Origin: Sedimentisphaerales bacterium
Lineage (GTDB): Bacteria; Planctomycetota; Phycisphaerae; Sedimentisphaerales; Anaerobacaceae
Reading direction: 5' to 3'
DNA: 64,000 bases
NCBI GenBank assembly: GCA_963708075.1
Contig: OY970194.1
Coordinates: 4,448,001-4,512,000, forward strand
This document shows positions 46,727 through 56,456 of the stretch, one piece after another. A program made the position numbers and the translations under genes. The notes beneath the pieces are model-generated. The model was not told where the DNA came from. It did no database searches and saw only the letters and a list, made by a program, of their open reading frames with translations. Positions within the stretch are counted from its first letter, which is position 1; every line of letters begins with the position of its first letter.

Positions 46727-48436
46727 ATGGACGCCAAGGGGATAGCTCGTCAACGTATCTTGATTGCCACTTGCTCGCTGGTTTTGACAGCGGCGCCGGC
46801 TGCGGACCTGCGGCAAGCAACCGCCGCGGAGCGGGGCATCTTCGACATTCGTGATTATGGGGCCTTGGGGGACGGCAAGACGCTTGATACGGCCGCGATC
46901 AACAAGGCCGTCGAGGCCTGCGCCCAGGCCGGGGGCGGTCAGGTGCAGCTCACGCCCGGCCGCTATCTGTCCGGAACCGTGCATCTGAGAAGCCACGTAA
47001 CCCTCTTCCTGGAGGCGGGGGCCACCCTGGTGGGCACTACCGACCTCAACCAGTACCAGCATCCGACCCTGCCGGACTTCATGCCCGAAGCCAGGTGGGG
47101 CAAATGGCACAGGGCGCTCATTCTCGGCGACGGCCAGGAGGACATCGCGATTGCGGGACAAGGCGTCATCGACGGCAACAAGGTTTTCGACCCCACCGGG
47201 GAGGAGCGTACGCGAGGGCCGCATACCTTCGTTTTCGTGAACTGCCGCAATGTCGCCGTCCGGGACGTGTCGTTTATCGATGCCGCGAATTATGCCATCT
47301 TCTTTCAGATCAGCAGCGACGTGGACATCCGCAACGTGAAGTTCACCGGCGGCTGGGACGGCGTGCATTTCCGCGGCGCCCCCGACCACCCTTGCCGCAA
47401 CGTGAGCATCATCGGCTGTCAATTCTACACGGGGGACGACTCCATCGCCGGACGGTATTGGGAGAATACCCTGATCTCCGATTGCATCGTGAATTCCTCG
47501 TGCAACGGCATCCGCCTGATCGGCCCTGCTGCGCATCTGACGATTCACGACTGCCTGTTCTATGGCCCGGGCACGCAGCCCCACCGCACGTCCAACCGTT
47601 ACAATATGCTCGCCGGCATCAACCTCCAGCCGGGGGCCTGGGACGCGACCAAGGGCGACCTGGACGACGTCCTGATCTCCGATATCACGATGAAAAACGT
47701 GGCCACGCCGTTCCATTTCCTGATCAAGCCGGGCAACACCGCCGGCCGCATCCTGGTTAGCCGCGTCAACGCCACAGGCGTCTATCGCGCCGCCTGCTCC
47801 GTCGAAAGCTGGACGGACGCCCCCTTCAAAGACGTGACGTTCCGCGATGTGAGTGTCGAGTTCGAGGGCGGCGCAACGCGAGAGAACGCTCCCAAAGAGA
47901 TCAAGACGCCGGGTGTGGACGCACGCTCGCTTCCCTGCTGGGGCTTCTACGCCCGCAACATCGAGAAGCTCACGTTTGAGGACGTCCGCCTCGGCTGCGT
48001 CCAGGACGACTTGCGGCCGATGATCATGTGCGACGGCGTGAAGCAGCTTGCCTTCGACGACCTCGACTTCCCGCAATTTGAAGGTGCTGCCGATTTGATG
48101 ACGCTGCACGATGTCTCTCGCGTCCGGCTGCGGGACACAGCCATTCGGGCAGTACAACCGGCTTACGTGGATTTGAGGCCCGCCGCAGACAATGCAGGTC
48201 GTATCATCGCGGGCAAGCCCTACGGGATCACTGTGACCGTGCAGAACGGCAAAGAGGAAGGACTCGGCACCGTGGAGCTCGTCGCTGCGGGACAGACCGT
48301 CACGCGTTGTATCTGGCTGCGCCCCGGTGAGAAGAAGGAGGTGACGTTTCAGGGCTTGACTGCCCCCGCTGCCGGTCCGTGTGTCCTGCAAGCGGGCAGC
48401 CTCACCCACAGCGTCACCGTCGAGCCGCAGCAATAG
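46727..48436 (+). CDS. GH28-like (pectin lyase fold) glycoside hydrolase with C-terminal Ig-like domain
   Basis: FDIRDYGALGDGKTLDTAAINKA, GRYLSGTVHLRS, DG...TGDDSIA. Confidence 0.85.
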   Translation: MDAKGIARQRILIATCSLVLTAAPAADLRQATAAERGIFDIRDYGALGDGKTLDTAAINKAVEACAQAGGGQVQLTPGRYLSGTVHLRSHVTLFLEAGATLVGTTDLNQYQHPTLPDFMPEARWGKWHRALILGDGQEDIAIAGQGVIDGNKVFDPTGEERTRGPHTFVFVNCRNVAVRDVSFIDAANYAIFFQISSDVDIRNVKFTGGWDGVHFRGAPDHPCRNVSIIGCQFYTGDDSIAGRYWENTLISDCIVNSSCNGIRLIGPAAHLTIHDCLFYGPGTQPHRTSNRYNMLAGINLQPGAWDATKGDLDDVLISDITMKNVATPFHFLIKPGNTAGRILVSRVNATGVYRAACSVESWTDAPFKDVTFRDVSVEFEGGATRENAPKEIKTPGVDARSLPCWGFYARNIEKLTFEDVRLGCVQDDLRPMIMCDGVKQLAFDDLDFPQFEGAADLMTLHDVSRVRLRDTAIRAVQPAYVDLRPAADNAGRIIAGKPYGITVTVQNGKEEGLGTVELVAAGQTVTRCIWLRPGEKKEVTFQGLTAPAAGPCVLQAGSLTHSVTVEPQQ

Positions 48437-48546
48437 CTATAATGCCGTCTGCCGGCACAGGCGTCAGGCGCCCTGTCATTCCCGCGAAGCCGGTCACGGG
48501 CCTTCGGCCCGCCCAGAGAGGATGAAAAATGGCATAGCGGTCGCTC

Positions 48547-48620
48547 GTAGGGTGGGTCCTTGACCCACGCGGTTACCCAAGCGCAATGTTCTTGACGCGT
48601 GGGTTGAGAACCCACCCTAC
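48547..48620. repeat. GTAG-tagged REP doublet
   Basis: gtagggtgggt...acccacgcg / cgcgtgggt...acccaccctac. Confidence 0.8.
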
Positions 48621-48718
48621 ATATGGTGCCGTGTGGCTTGCGGGCCGTGCTGAGGCTTGGTATAGTCGTGTAACGTGATGATCGGATTTGTGTAGAGGCC
48701 GCAGTCAGGAGAAATGCC

Positions 48719-50068
48719 ATGAATCGTCGCGAATTCCTTCGAGCCGCCGGCGCCGGAGTTGCTTTGTCCAGCCTCAGCAGTTATGTCCCCGCGTATGCCC
48801 AGCCGAAGCCACGGCGTGTGGGTTTGATCGGCCCCGGCTGGTACGGCAAGAGCGCCCTGTTTCGCCTGCTGCAGATCGAGCCGGTCGAAGTGGTCGCGCT
48901 ATGCGATGTGGACAAGCGAATGCTGGCCGAGGCCGCCGAGATGGTGGCCGCCCGCCAGAAATCGAAGAAGACGCCCCGCACGTTCGGCGACTATCGGGAG
49001 ATGCTCAAGCAGGAGCAGTTCGACATCGTGCACGTCGCGACGCCCGACCACTGGCACGCCCTGGCGATGATTGCCGCCGTCCAGGCCGGCGCGGATGTGT
49101 ACGTGGAAAAGCCCATCAGCGCGGACGTGGTGGAGGGCCAGGCGATGCTGGCCGCCGCCCGCAAGCACAAGCGGGTGGTGCAGGTGAACATGCAGCGTCG
49201 CAGCACGCCGCATCTTATCGAGGCCAAGGAACGCGTCATCAAGGAAGGTAAGCTCGGCAAGGTCGCCTATGCCGAGATTTGCTGCTACTATCATATGCGA
49301 GCCCGGGGCAACCCGCCGGACACGACTCCGCCCGAGTACCTTGACTACGAGATGTGGACCGGCCCGGCCCCGATGCGGCCGTACTGCTCGATCAATCACC
49401 CGCGAGGCTGGCGGGCCTTCACAGAATACGGCAACGGGATCGTCGGCGATATGTGCGTGCACATGCTCGACATGGTCCGCTGGATGCTCGACCTCGGATG
49501 GCCGAAGAGTGTCAACTCCTCCGGCGGCATCCTCGTGGACAAGGGCAGTAAGGCCAACATCACCGACACACAGACTGCCACGTTTGACTTCGATGGCCTG
49601 CCCATCGTCTGGACCCACCGCACCTGGGGCGCTGCGCCCGATCCGGAATTCCCCTGGGCCGCCTTCATCTATGGCGACAAGGGCACCCTCAAGGCCGATG
49701 TCCACAGGTACCAGTTCATCCCGCAGGGCCAAGGCGAGAAACTCGAAGGCAAGGCCCTCTATGAGTATGACAAGTACCCTGAGGATGAGACAGAGAAGGA
49801 CCTGGAGCGTCACGTCGCCGCACCAATGCGGCGCCACTGGCGGAATTTCCTCGATGCAGTCGAGACGCGGGGCCGCCCGGTTTCCGACATCGAGCAAGGC
49901 TACATCACGGCCGCTTCATGCATCCTGGCCAATATCTCGTGCAAGCTCGGCCGCAAGCTTGTCTGGGACCCGGAAAAGAGCCAAGTCGTCGGCGACGAAG
50001 AGGCCAACCGCCTCCTGGCGCGACCCTATCGGAGTCCCTGGGTCCACCCGGACCCGGCCAGTGTCTAA
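48719..50068 (+). CDS. Tat-exported Gfo/Idh/MocA oxidoreductase
   Basis: MNRREFL Tat motif; ATPDHWH, VYVEKP, WTGPAP, DMCVH. Confidence 0.92.
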   Translation: MNRREFLRAAGAGVALSSLSSYVPAYAQPKPRRVGLIGPGWYGKSALFRLLQIEPVEVVALCDVDKRMLAEAAEMVAARQKSKKTPRTFGDYREMLKQEQFDIVHVATPDHWHALAMIAAVQAGADVYVEKPISADVVEGQAMLAAARKHKRVVQVNMQRRSTPHLIEAKERVIKEGKLGKVAYAEICCYYHMRARGNPPDTTPPEYLDYEMWTGPAPMRPYCSINHPRGWRAFTEYGNGIVGDMCVHMLDMVRWMLDLGWPKSVNSSGGILVDKGSKANITDTQTATFDFDGLPIVWTHRTWGAAPDPEFPWAAFIYGDKGTLKADVHRYQFIPQGQGEKLEGKALYEYDKYPEDETEKDLERHVAAPMRRHWRNFLDAVETRGRPVSDIEQGYITAASCILANISCKLGRKLVWDPEKSQVVGDEEANRLLARPYRSPWVHPDPASV

Positions 50069-50098
50069 TACGAGTTACGATCTATGAGCTCGTAATCC

Positions 50099-50187
50099 GG
50101 GCGGCATCGTCAAGGCCACAGGCCTTCGCGATGGTTGCGCCGCATCCCAGGAAAGCCATCGCCAAGCTGCGCTTGACGCTGCCACCC
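50099..50187. repeat. family A copy (variant subtype, inverted orientation)
   Basis: ...gccatcgccaagctgcgcttgacgctgccaccc matches reverse complement of the left arm of 10718-10797. Confidence 0.8.
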
Positions 50188-50222
50188 AGTTTCAGGTCTA
50201 GGTCCCATGGGTGCTATCTGTT

Positions 50223-51767
50223 CTATTGTGGCCTGCTGCGCCCATCGGCTCTGATCTTCGCAAGCATCGCGGCCATCTCCTTGACCATCTCCGGCCGCTC
50301 GGTCGCGAGGTTCTGTTCTTCGCTGAGATCGTCCTTGAGATCGTAGAGCTGCGCCTGTGGGTCATTGCCGAGCTCTGTGTTTGTGTTGGCGTTGAACTTC
50401 GCCCCCCTGCTCGGCTCGATGTACTTCCAGTCCCCCTTGATCAGGGACAGCGTACCCGCGTGCCCAACGAGATGGTCCCGACCGGTCTGTGACTTTGCCA
50501 GCAGTGTCGCCGAAACATCGAAGCTATCCGGCCCAGCGGTCGTGTCGAGTTTCTGCCCGGTCACTGCCGCCATGGATGCGAGCAGATCGATCTGGCAGAC
50601 GAGTGCATCGGACAAGCCGGGCGTCACCCGTCCCGGCCAGCGCACCAGGAACGGTACGCGCGTCCCCGCGTCGAACGCGCTGTACTTGCCGCCGCGGAGC
50701 GGGCCTGCGGGTTTGTGACCATCGAGCAGCTCCACCGCTCTGTCCTTGTACCCATCGTCCACGACGGGGCCATTGTCGCTCGTGAAGATCACCATGGTAT
50801 CCTCCGCCAGGGCGAGCTTGTCCAGCGTTTGCAGGACTTCGCCAACGCACCAGTCGAGTTGCAGTATCGCGTCGCCGCGTGGGCCCAGGCCGCTCTTGCC
50901 GGCGAACCGGCGGTGCGGCACGCGCGGGACATGGATATCGTGAGTTGAGAAGTAGAGGAAGAACGGCTCGGCCTTGTGCCGCTCGATGAACTGTACCGCC
51001 TTGCCCGTGATCGTATCGGCTATGTCCTCATCGACCCAGCGGGCCGCCTTGCCGCCACTCATGTATCCGATCCGGCTGATGCCATTGACGATCGTCTGGT
51101 CATGTCCGTGGCTCGGGTGCATCTTGAGCAGCTCGGGGTGGTCCTTGCCGGTCGGCTCGTCGCCAATGGGCTGCTTATAGCTGACTCGAATTGGGTCCTT
51201 CGGGTCGAGCCCGACCACCCGCCGGTCCTCCACGTACACGCACGGCACGCGGTCCCCCGTCGCGGGAATCAGGAAGCAATAGTCAAATCCGATGTCCAGC
51301 GGTCCCGGCTTGATCTCAGCGTTCCAGTCCAGGTCTCCTGCTCCAAGCCCCAGATGCCACTTCCCGATCGCGCCCGCTTTGTATCCGGCCTTCTGCATCA
51401 GCGCGGGGAGCGTCACCCGCCCCGGCTCCACGATCAGCCGGGCGTCCCCCGGCAGGATTCCCGTCCCTTTCCTCCGCCACGCGTATTCGCCGGTCATCAA
51501 GGCGTACCGCGAGGGCGTGCACGTGGCCGACGCCGAGTGCGCATTGGTAAACCGAACCCCCTCCCGCGCAATCCGGTCGATGTTGGGGGTCCGGACCCGG
51601 GTCGCTCCGTAGCAGCCGACATCCCCATACCCCAGGTCATCCGCATAGATCAGTACGACGTTCGGCGTCTTGCCTTGGGCCGCCTTGCACCCGATGGGAA
51701 GCAAAGCCGCCGCCGCAGCCAACCCTGCTGATTTCAGGAACACCCGACGTGATATTCGCTGTGCCAT
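50223..51767 (-). CDS. Tat-exported arylsulfatase (Cys-type FGly sulfatase)
   Basis: ISRRVFLK; PNVVLIYADDLGYGD, CTPSRYALMTG, GKWHLG, FTSDNG, LYDL. Confidence 0.93.
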   Translation of the reverse strand: MAQRISRRVFLKSAGLAAAAALLPIGCKAAQGKTPNVVLIYADDLGYGDVGCYGATRVRTPNIDRIAREGVRFTNAHSASATCTPSRYALMTGEYAWRRKGTGILPGDARLIVEPGRVTLPALMQKAGYKAGAIGKWHLGLGAGDLDWNAEIKPGPLDIGFDYCFLIPATGDRVPCVYVEDRRVVGLDPKDPIRVSYKQPIGDEPTGKDHPELLKMHPSHGHDQTIVNGISRIGYMSGGKAARWVDEDIADTITGKAVQFIERHKAEPFFLYFSTHDIHVPRVPHRRFAGKSGLGPRGDAILQLDWCVGEVLQTLDKLALAEDTMVIFTSDNGPVVDDGYKDRAVELLDGHKPAGPLRGGKYSAFDAGTRVPFLVRWPGRVTPGLSDALVCQIDLLASMAAVTGQKLDTTAGPDSFDVSATLLAKSQTGRDHLVGHAGTLSLIKGDWKYIEPSRGAKFNANTNTELGNDPQAQLYDLKDDLSEEQNLATERPEMVKEMAAMLAKIRADGRSRPQ

Positions 51768-51951
51768 TGGACCTGCTCCGACCGAAGCCAACCACATGAT
51801 CCTGTCGTTCCCGCACAGGCGGGAATCCAAGCCTCCGATGATACGCCGCCAATAGCCCCCGATCAACCCAAATACCCGCTTGCCAGACGTAGCCAAAAGA
51901 GCGAATATTAGCGGGTTGAGCCGCACTGCAACGCGAAACGAAAGACGCCTC

Positions 51952-51999
51952 TTGACATGTTAAACAAATGTTTTAAACTGTCGTATGAAACGTGTGTTT
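51952..51999 (+). promoter_or_regulatory. promoter of the RND operon with two AAAC-N4-GTTT operator-like palindromes
   Basis: TTGACA-16-TAAACT; aaacaaatgttt (51962-51973) and aaacgtgtgttt (51988-51999). Confidence 0.65.
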
Positions 52000-52181
52000 G
52001 GAGATATAGGATGGCAGTAGTCAAGACAGCGTAAGCTGCGGCAACTGCAACTTGTGAGGGCAGAAGACGTTACATTTCATAACCCGGCGCTACGCGTCCG
52101 CCGAGATGCGAGACGGCCGCGTTTTCAATACTGAAAACGGGTTTCTCGGCCGGCAGCGCCATAGAGAGACAGGTAGAATCC

Positions 52182-53309
52182 ATGAGCGATCCGTCGCCGA
52201 AAAAGAAAGCGGGTAAGAAGAGTCGAGCGTGGCTGCGCACAGTCATCACGCTGGTCATTCTACTGGGGGCGATTGCCGTGCTGGCCGCCATTACACAGAT
52301 CCCGGCGCCGAAACGAGAGGCAGTGGTTACGGAAGCACCACCGGTCAATGTCTCGGTCATGGCCGTGACGGTCGAGCCGGTACTGCCTGATAACTTCGAT
52401 CTGCCGGCGGCTGTCGAGCCGAACCGAATCGTCACAGTCGCCGCCGAGGTCGCGGGCGGCGTTGAGCGAATCCCGCCCAACGAAGGCTGCATCGTGCAGG
52501 CAGGCGATCTGCTGGTCCAGCTCAACACGGACCTGATTGGGCCCCAGGTGGAGATTGCCAAGGCACAATTCAGCCGCGACAGGATTCAGTACGAGCGCAT
52601 GGCTGCCCTGGTGAAGACTGACGCCACCTCCCGAAGCGACCTCGACGACGCCACGACCAAACTGGCCACCAGCGAGGCCCAGTTGAAGGAAGTGGAGGCT
52701 CGCCTGGAGCGGACCCGTATCCTGGCGCCGATTACCGGCATCCTGAACGACCTTCCTGTCGAGGAAGGCGAGTACGTCCAAGTGGGCGACGCGGTGGCTG
52801 AGATCGTGGAAACCGATCCGGTGAAGGTCGTCGTGCAGGTGCCCGAGCGGGATATTCCCTTCTTTTCTGTCGGTCAGAAGACGGAAGTCCTCGCCGATAA
52901 CAAGGGCATCGAGCAGTCGGCCGCGGGCACGATCACATTCATCAGTGAGTTGTCCGATCCGCAGACTCGCTCGACACGGCTGGAGATCACCGTGCCGAAC
53001 AAGGATGGGCTCCTGCGCAGCGGCCAGATCGTGCGGGCCCGCCTGACCCGCCGAATTCTGGAGAACGTCATCATGATCCCTCTGCTGGCGGTGATTCCGA
53101 TGGAGGACGGCAAGGCCGCCTACGTCGTCGAGTCCGGGGCGGCACAGCGCCGCGATGTTACGCTCGGTATCATCAAGGGTGACCGCGTTCAGGTGACCAA
53201 GGGCCTTCAACCGGGCGATCAGCTCATCATCTCGGGCCACCGCTTCGTCGCACCGGCGCAGAAAGTCAACGTCGTTCCACTGGGTAAAGAAAGCGAATCG
53301 TCGCTATGA
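52182..53309 (+). CDS. RND efflux periplasmic adaptor (MFP) subunit
   Basis: N-terminal TM; VAAEVAG, ILAPITG, VEEGEYV, LRSGQ, GLQPGD. Confidence 0.92.
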   Translation: MSDPSPKKKAGKKSRAWLRTVITLVILLGAIAVLAAITQIPAPKREAVVTEAPPVNVSVMAVTVEPVLPDNFDLPAAVEPNRIVTVAAEVAGGVERIPPNEGCIVQAGDLLVQLNTDLIGPQVEIAKAQFSRDRIQYERMAALVKTDATSRSDLDDATTKLATSEAQLKEVEARLERTRILAPITGILNDLPVEEGEYVQVGDAVAEIVETDPVKVVVQVPERDIPFFSVGQKTEVLADNKGIEQSAAGTITFISELSDPQTRSTRLEITVPNKDGLLRSGQIVRARLTRRILENVIMIPLLAVIPMEDGKAAYVVESGAAQRRDVTLGIIKGDRVQVTKGLQPGDQLIISGHRFVAPAQKVNVVPLGKESESSL

Positions 53310-56300
53310 TACTCACCGATCTTGCCATCAAGAATCGAACCACGGTAGCCGTGCTGGGCCTGCTCGTGATCATCCTGGGCGCGTACAGCTACGTGTCGCT
53401 GCCGCGAGAGGCGTTCCCGGACATTCCCATCCCCTACATTCTGATCAACACGATCTATGAGGGCGTTGCGCCGGAGGATGTCGAGACCTCGATCACGATG
53501 AAGATCGAGAAGGAGCTGACCGGCATCCGTGGGGTCAAGGAGGTGACCTCCAGCAGCGCGGAGGGAATGTCCATGATCAGCGTGGAATTCACGCCGGACG
53601 TGCCGCCGGACGTGGCCCTGGCGCGGGTCCGCGACCGCGTGGATATGGCCAAGGGCGAGCTTCCGCAGGAGGCGGAGGACCCGGTGATCAAGGAGATCAG
53701 CTTCGACGAGTTCCCCATCATGCAGGTCAGCATCTCCGGCGACGTCTCGCCCGTGCAGCTCAAGGCAATTGCCGACGACATGCAGGACGCGATCGAGACT
53801 CTTCCGGGCATATTGAAGGTTGAGGTGCTGGGTGCCCTGGAGCCGGAGATCCGGCTGGAGTTCAATCCGGAGCGGCTGGCCATGTACAACCTGACGATCC
53901 CGGAGATCCTCGCGCTGATCCCGTCGGAGAACGTGAACATCTCCGCCGGCGGCCTGGAGACCGCGGGCACCCGGTTCAACGTCCGCGTACCCGCCGAGTT
54001 CGTCACGCCGGAAGAGGTGGACCACCTGCTCATCACCACGCGCGGCGGCAAGCCCATCTACCTAGCCGACGTGGCCTCCGTGCGCGATACCTTCAAGGAC
54101 CGGACCAGCTACTCGCGGATCAATCGCCGGGACAATGTTACCCTGGGCATCCAGAAGCGCACCGGGGCCAACATCGTGCAGGTCTCCGACATGATCAAGG
54201 CCGCCGTCGCCAAGGCGCAGGAGCAGGTCCCCCCCGCCGTGAAGTTCGACATCACCTTCGACATGTCCAAATACATTCGCAGCACGGTGGCCGATCTGGA
54301 GAACAACATGGCTTCCGGGCTGATCCTCGTCGTCGGGATCCTGGTGCTGTTCTTAGGCTGGCGATCCAGCATGATCGTCTCGCTGATCATCCCCTTCAGC
54401 ATGTTGGCCAGCTTCTTCATCATCCAGATGCTGGGCTTCACGCTGAACATGATCGTGCTGTTCAGCCTCATCCTGGCGCTGGGCATGCTCGTGGATACGG
54501 CTATCGTGATCGTGGAGAACATCTACCGGCACATGCAGTTGGGCGTGCCCCGGATCCGGGCGGCGATCATCGGCACGCGGGAGGTGGCCTGGCCGGTAAC
54601 GAGCTCCACCCTGACCAACGTGGCGAGCTTCATTCCGCTGATGTTCTGGCCCGGCATCATGGGCGACTTCATGAAGTACCTGCCCATCACGGTGACGATC
54701 GTGCTGCTCAGCTCGCTGTTCGTGGCGCTGGTGTTCAACCCGACGTTTTGCGCGGTGGCCGCAGGCGGCGCGCCGCCCAAAGGACGCGAGGGCCGCTTCA
54801 TCCGGGGTTATCGCCGGGTGCAGCATCGGGCAATCGCGTGGCCCGGCGTCACGCTGATCCTGGCCTGCTTCCTCCTTGTGGCGATGATCATCCTGTACTC
54901 GAAGTTCGGCAACGGCGTGGAGTTCTTCCCGCAAGGCGACCCCGAGCGGGCTACCATCGACATTCGCGCTCCGCAGGGGACGAATATCCACGAGAGTGAC
55001 CGCATCGTGAGAATCATCGAAGAGCGGATCAAGCCCTGGGACCGGTACATTGAGTACATGATCACGAACGTGGGCTCCGCCGGCGGCGGCTTCAATCTGG
55101 CCGGTAGTACGGGCGGGCCGCACTTGGCCAATCTCACGCTGGTCTTCTATGACTACGCGGTACGGGAGAAGCCCTCGATGGAGGTCATTTCCGAAGTCCG
55201 CCACGCCATCGCGGATATCCCGGGCGCGGAAATTCGCGTGGAACGCGAGAAGGACGGGCCCCCGACCGGCGCGCCCGTGACGGTTCGCGTCGTCGGCGAG
55301 GATTTCAAGCGGCTCGAATCGCTCAGCCGGCAGGCCCAGGACAAGATCGTCGGCGTCCAGGGCCTGGTGAACCTGCGCAGCGACCTTGAAGCAACGCGTC
55401 CCGAGCTGGCCTTCACGGTCAACCGCCGGGAGGCCATGCTCCTCGGCGTCAACACCGCCACAGTCGGCAACTTCCTCAAGATGGCAATCTTCGGGACCAA
55501 GGTCGGCACTTACCGCCAGTTCAACGATGAGTACGACATCACGGTGCGACTGCCGCTGGAGGAGCGGGTCAATATCGATGATCTCGCCCGCTTGCAGATT
55601 CCCAATGCAAAGGGCAACGCCGTGCCGCTCAGTACCCTCGGCCGCTTCGAGTATCAGGGCGGGTTCGGCACGATCAACCGCATCGATCAGAAACGCGTCG
55701 TGACCGTGACGGCGGACGCGGAAGGACGACTGAGCACGGAAGTGCTGAGGGACGTGCAGACGCGGCTGAACGAGTTGAAGATGCCGGTGGGCTACGAGAT
55801 CCGATATGCGGGCGAGCAGGAGGAGCAGGACAAGGCGCAGGCGTTCCTGGGCAAGGCCTTCGTGATCGCTCTGCTGATGATCGTGCTGATCCTGGTGATG
55901 CAGTTCAACTCGTTGCTGATCCCGCTGATCATCATGTCCACGGTCGGGTTGTCCCTGGTGGGCGTGTTCCTGGGACTCATCGTCTGCGGCCTGCCATTCA
56001 ATATCATCATGACCGGCATCGCCGTCATCAGCCTGGCGGGCATCGTCGTCAACAACGGCATCGTGCTGCTGGACTTCGCAGAGCAATTGCGGCGCGATGG
56101 TCTGGGCCTCGTGTCGGCGACCGTCGAGGCCGGCGTCACGCGACTGCGCCCGGTGCTGCTCAGTGCGGCCACGAACTTCGTCGGCCTGATCCCCATGGCC
56201 GTGGGAATCTCCTTCGATTTCCACACCTTCACCTGGGCGACCAAGAGCGAATCGACGCAGTGGTGGCGGAACATGTCCATCGCGATCATCTTCGGCCTGT

Positions 56301-56446
56301 CGTTCACGACCGTCCTGACACTTGTGATCATCCCGGCGTCCTATGTGATGCTCAACCGTGCAGTGGCCCGCCTGCTCCCCAAACACAGTACCCCGACCAC
56401 TGAGGATGTGGCCACTCAAGCGTCGCCCGAGCCGGAACCGGCGTGA
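53306..56446 (+). CDS. RND efflux permease subunit (AcrB/AcrD/AcrF family)
   Basis: 1046 aa; LPREAFPDI, LGMLVDTAIVIVENI, GIVVNNGIVLLD, RLRPVL; no outer-membrane channel gene adjacent. Confidence 0.95.
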   Translation: MILTDLAIKNRTTVAVLGLLVIILGAYSYVSLPREAFPDIPIPYILINTIYEGVAPEDVETSITMKIEKELTGIRGVKEVTSSSAEGMSMISVEFTPDVPPDVALARVRDRVDMAKGELPQEAEDPVIKEISFDEFPIMQVSISGDVSPVQLKAIADDMQDAIETLPGILKVEVLGALEPEIRLEFNPERLAMYNLTIPEILALIPSENVNISAGGLETAGTRFNVRVPAEFVTPEEVDHLLITTRGGKPIYLADVASVRDTFKDRTSYSRINRRDNVTLGIQKRTGANIVQVSDMIKAAVAKAQEQVPPAVKFDITFDMSKYIRSTVADLENNMASGLILVVGILVLFLGWRSSMIVSLIIPFSMLASFFIIQMLGFTLNMIVLFSLILALGMLVDTAIVIVENIYRHMQLGVPRIRAAIIGTREVAWPVTSSTLTNVASFIPLMFWPGIMGDFMKYLPITVTIVLLSSLFVALVFNPTFCAVAAGGAPPKGREGRFIRGYRRVQHRAIAWPGVTLILACFLLVAMIILYSKFGNGVEFFPQGDPERATIDIRAPQGTNIHESDRIVRIIEERIKPWDRYIEYMITNVGSAGGGFNLAGSTGGPHLANLTLVFYDYAVREKPSMEVISEVRHAIADIPGAEIRVEREKDGPPTGAPVTVRVVGEDFKRLESLSRQAQDKIVGVQGLVNLRSDLEATRPELAFTVNRREAMLLGVNTATVGNFLKMAIFGTKVGTYRQFNDEYDITVRLPLEERVNIDDLARLQIPNAKGNAVPLSTLGRFEYQGGFGTINRIDQKRVVTVTADAEGRLSTEVLRDVQTRLNELKMPVGYEIRYAGEQEEQDKAQAFLGKAFVIALLMIVLILVMQFNSLLIPLIIMSTVGLSLVGVFLGLIVCGLPFNIIMTGIAVISLAGIVVNNGIVLLDFAEQLRRDGLGLVSATVEAGVTRLRPVLLSAATNFVGLIPMAVGISFDFHTFTWATKSESTQWWRNMSIAIIFGLSFTTVLTLVIIPASYVMLNRAVARLLPKHSTPTTEDVATQASPEPEPA

Positions 56447-56456
56447 ATCGCACCCG

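Noticed and set aside
5380..50187. CRISPR array from the repeated palindromes
   Set aside because: Copies are dispersed, 80-94 bp long, not regularly spaced, and no cas genes are present
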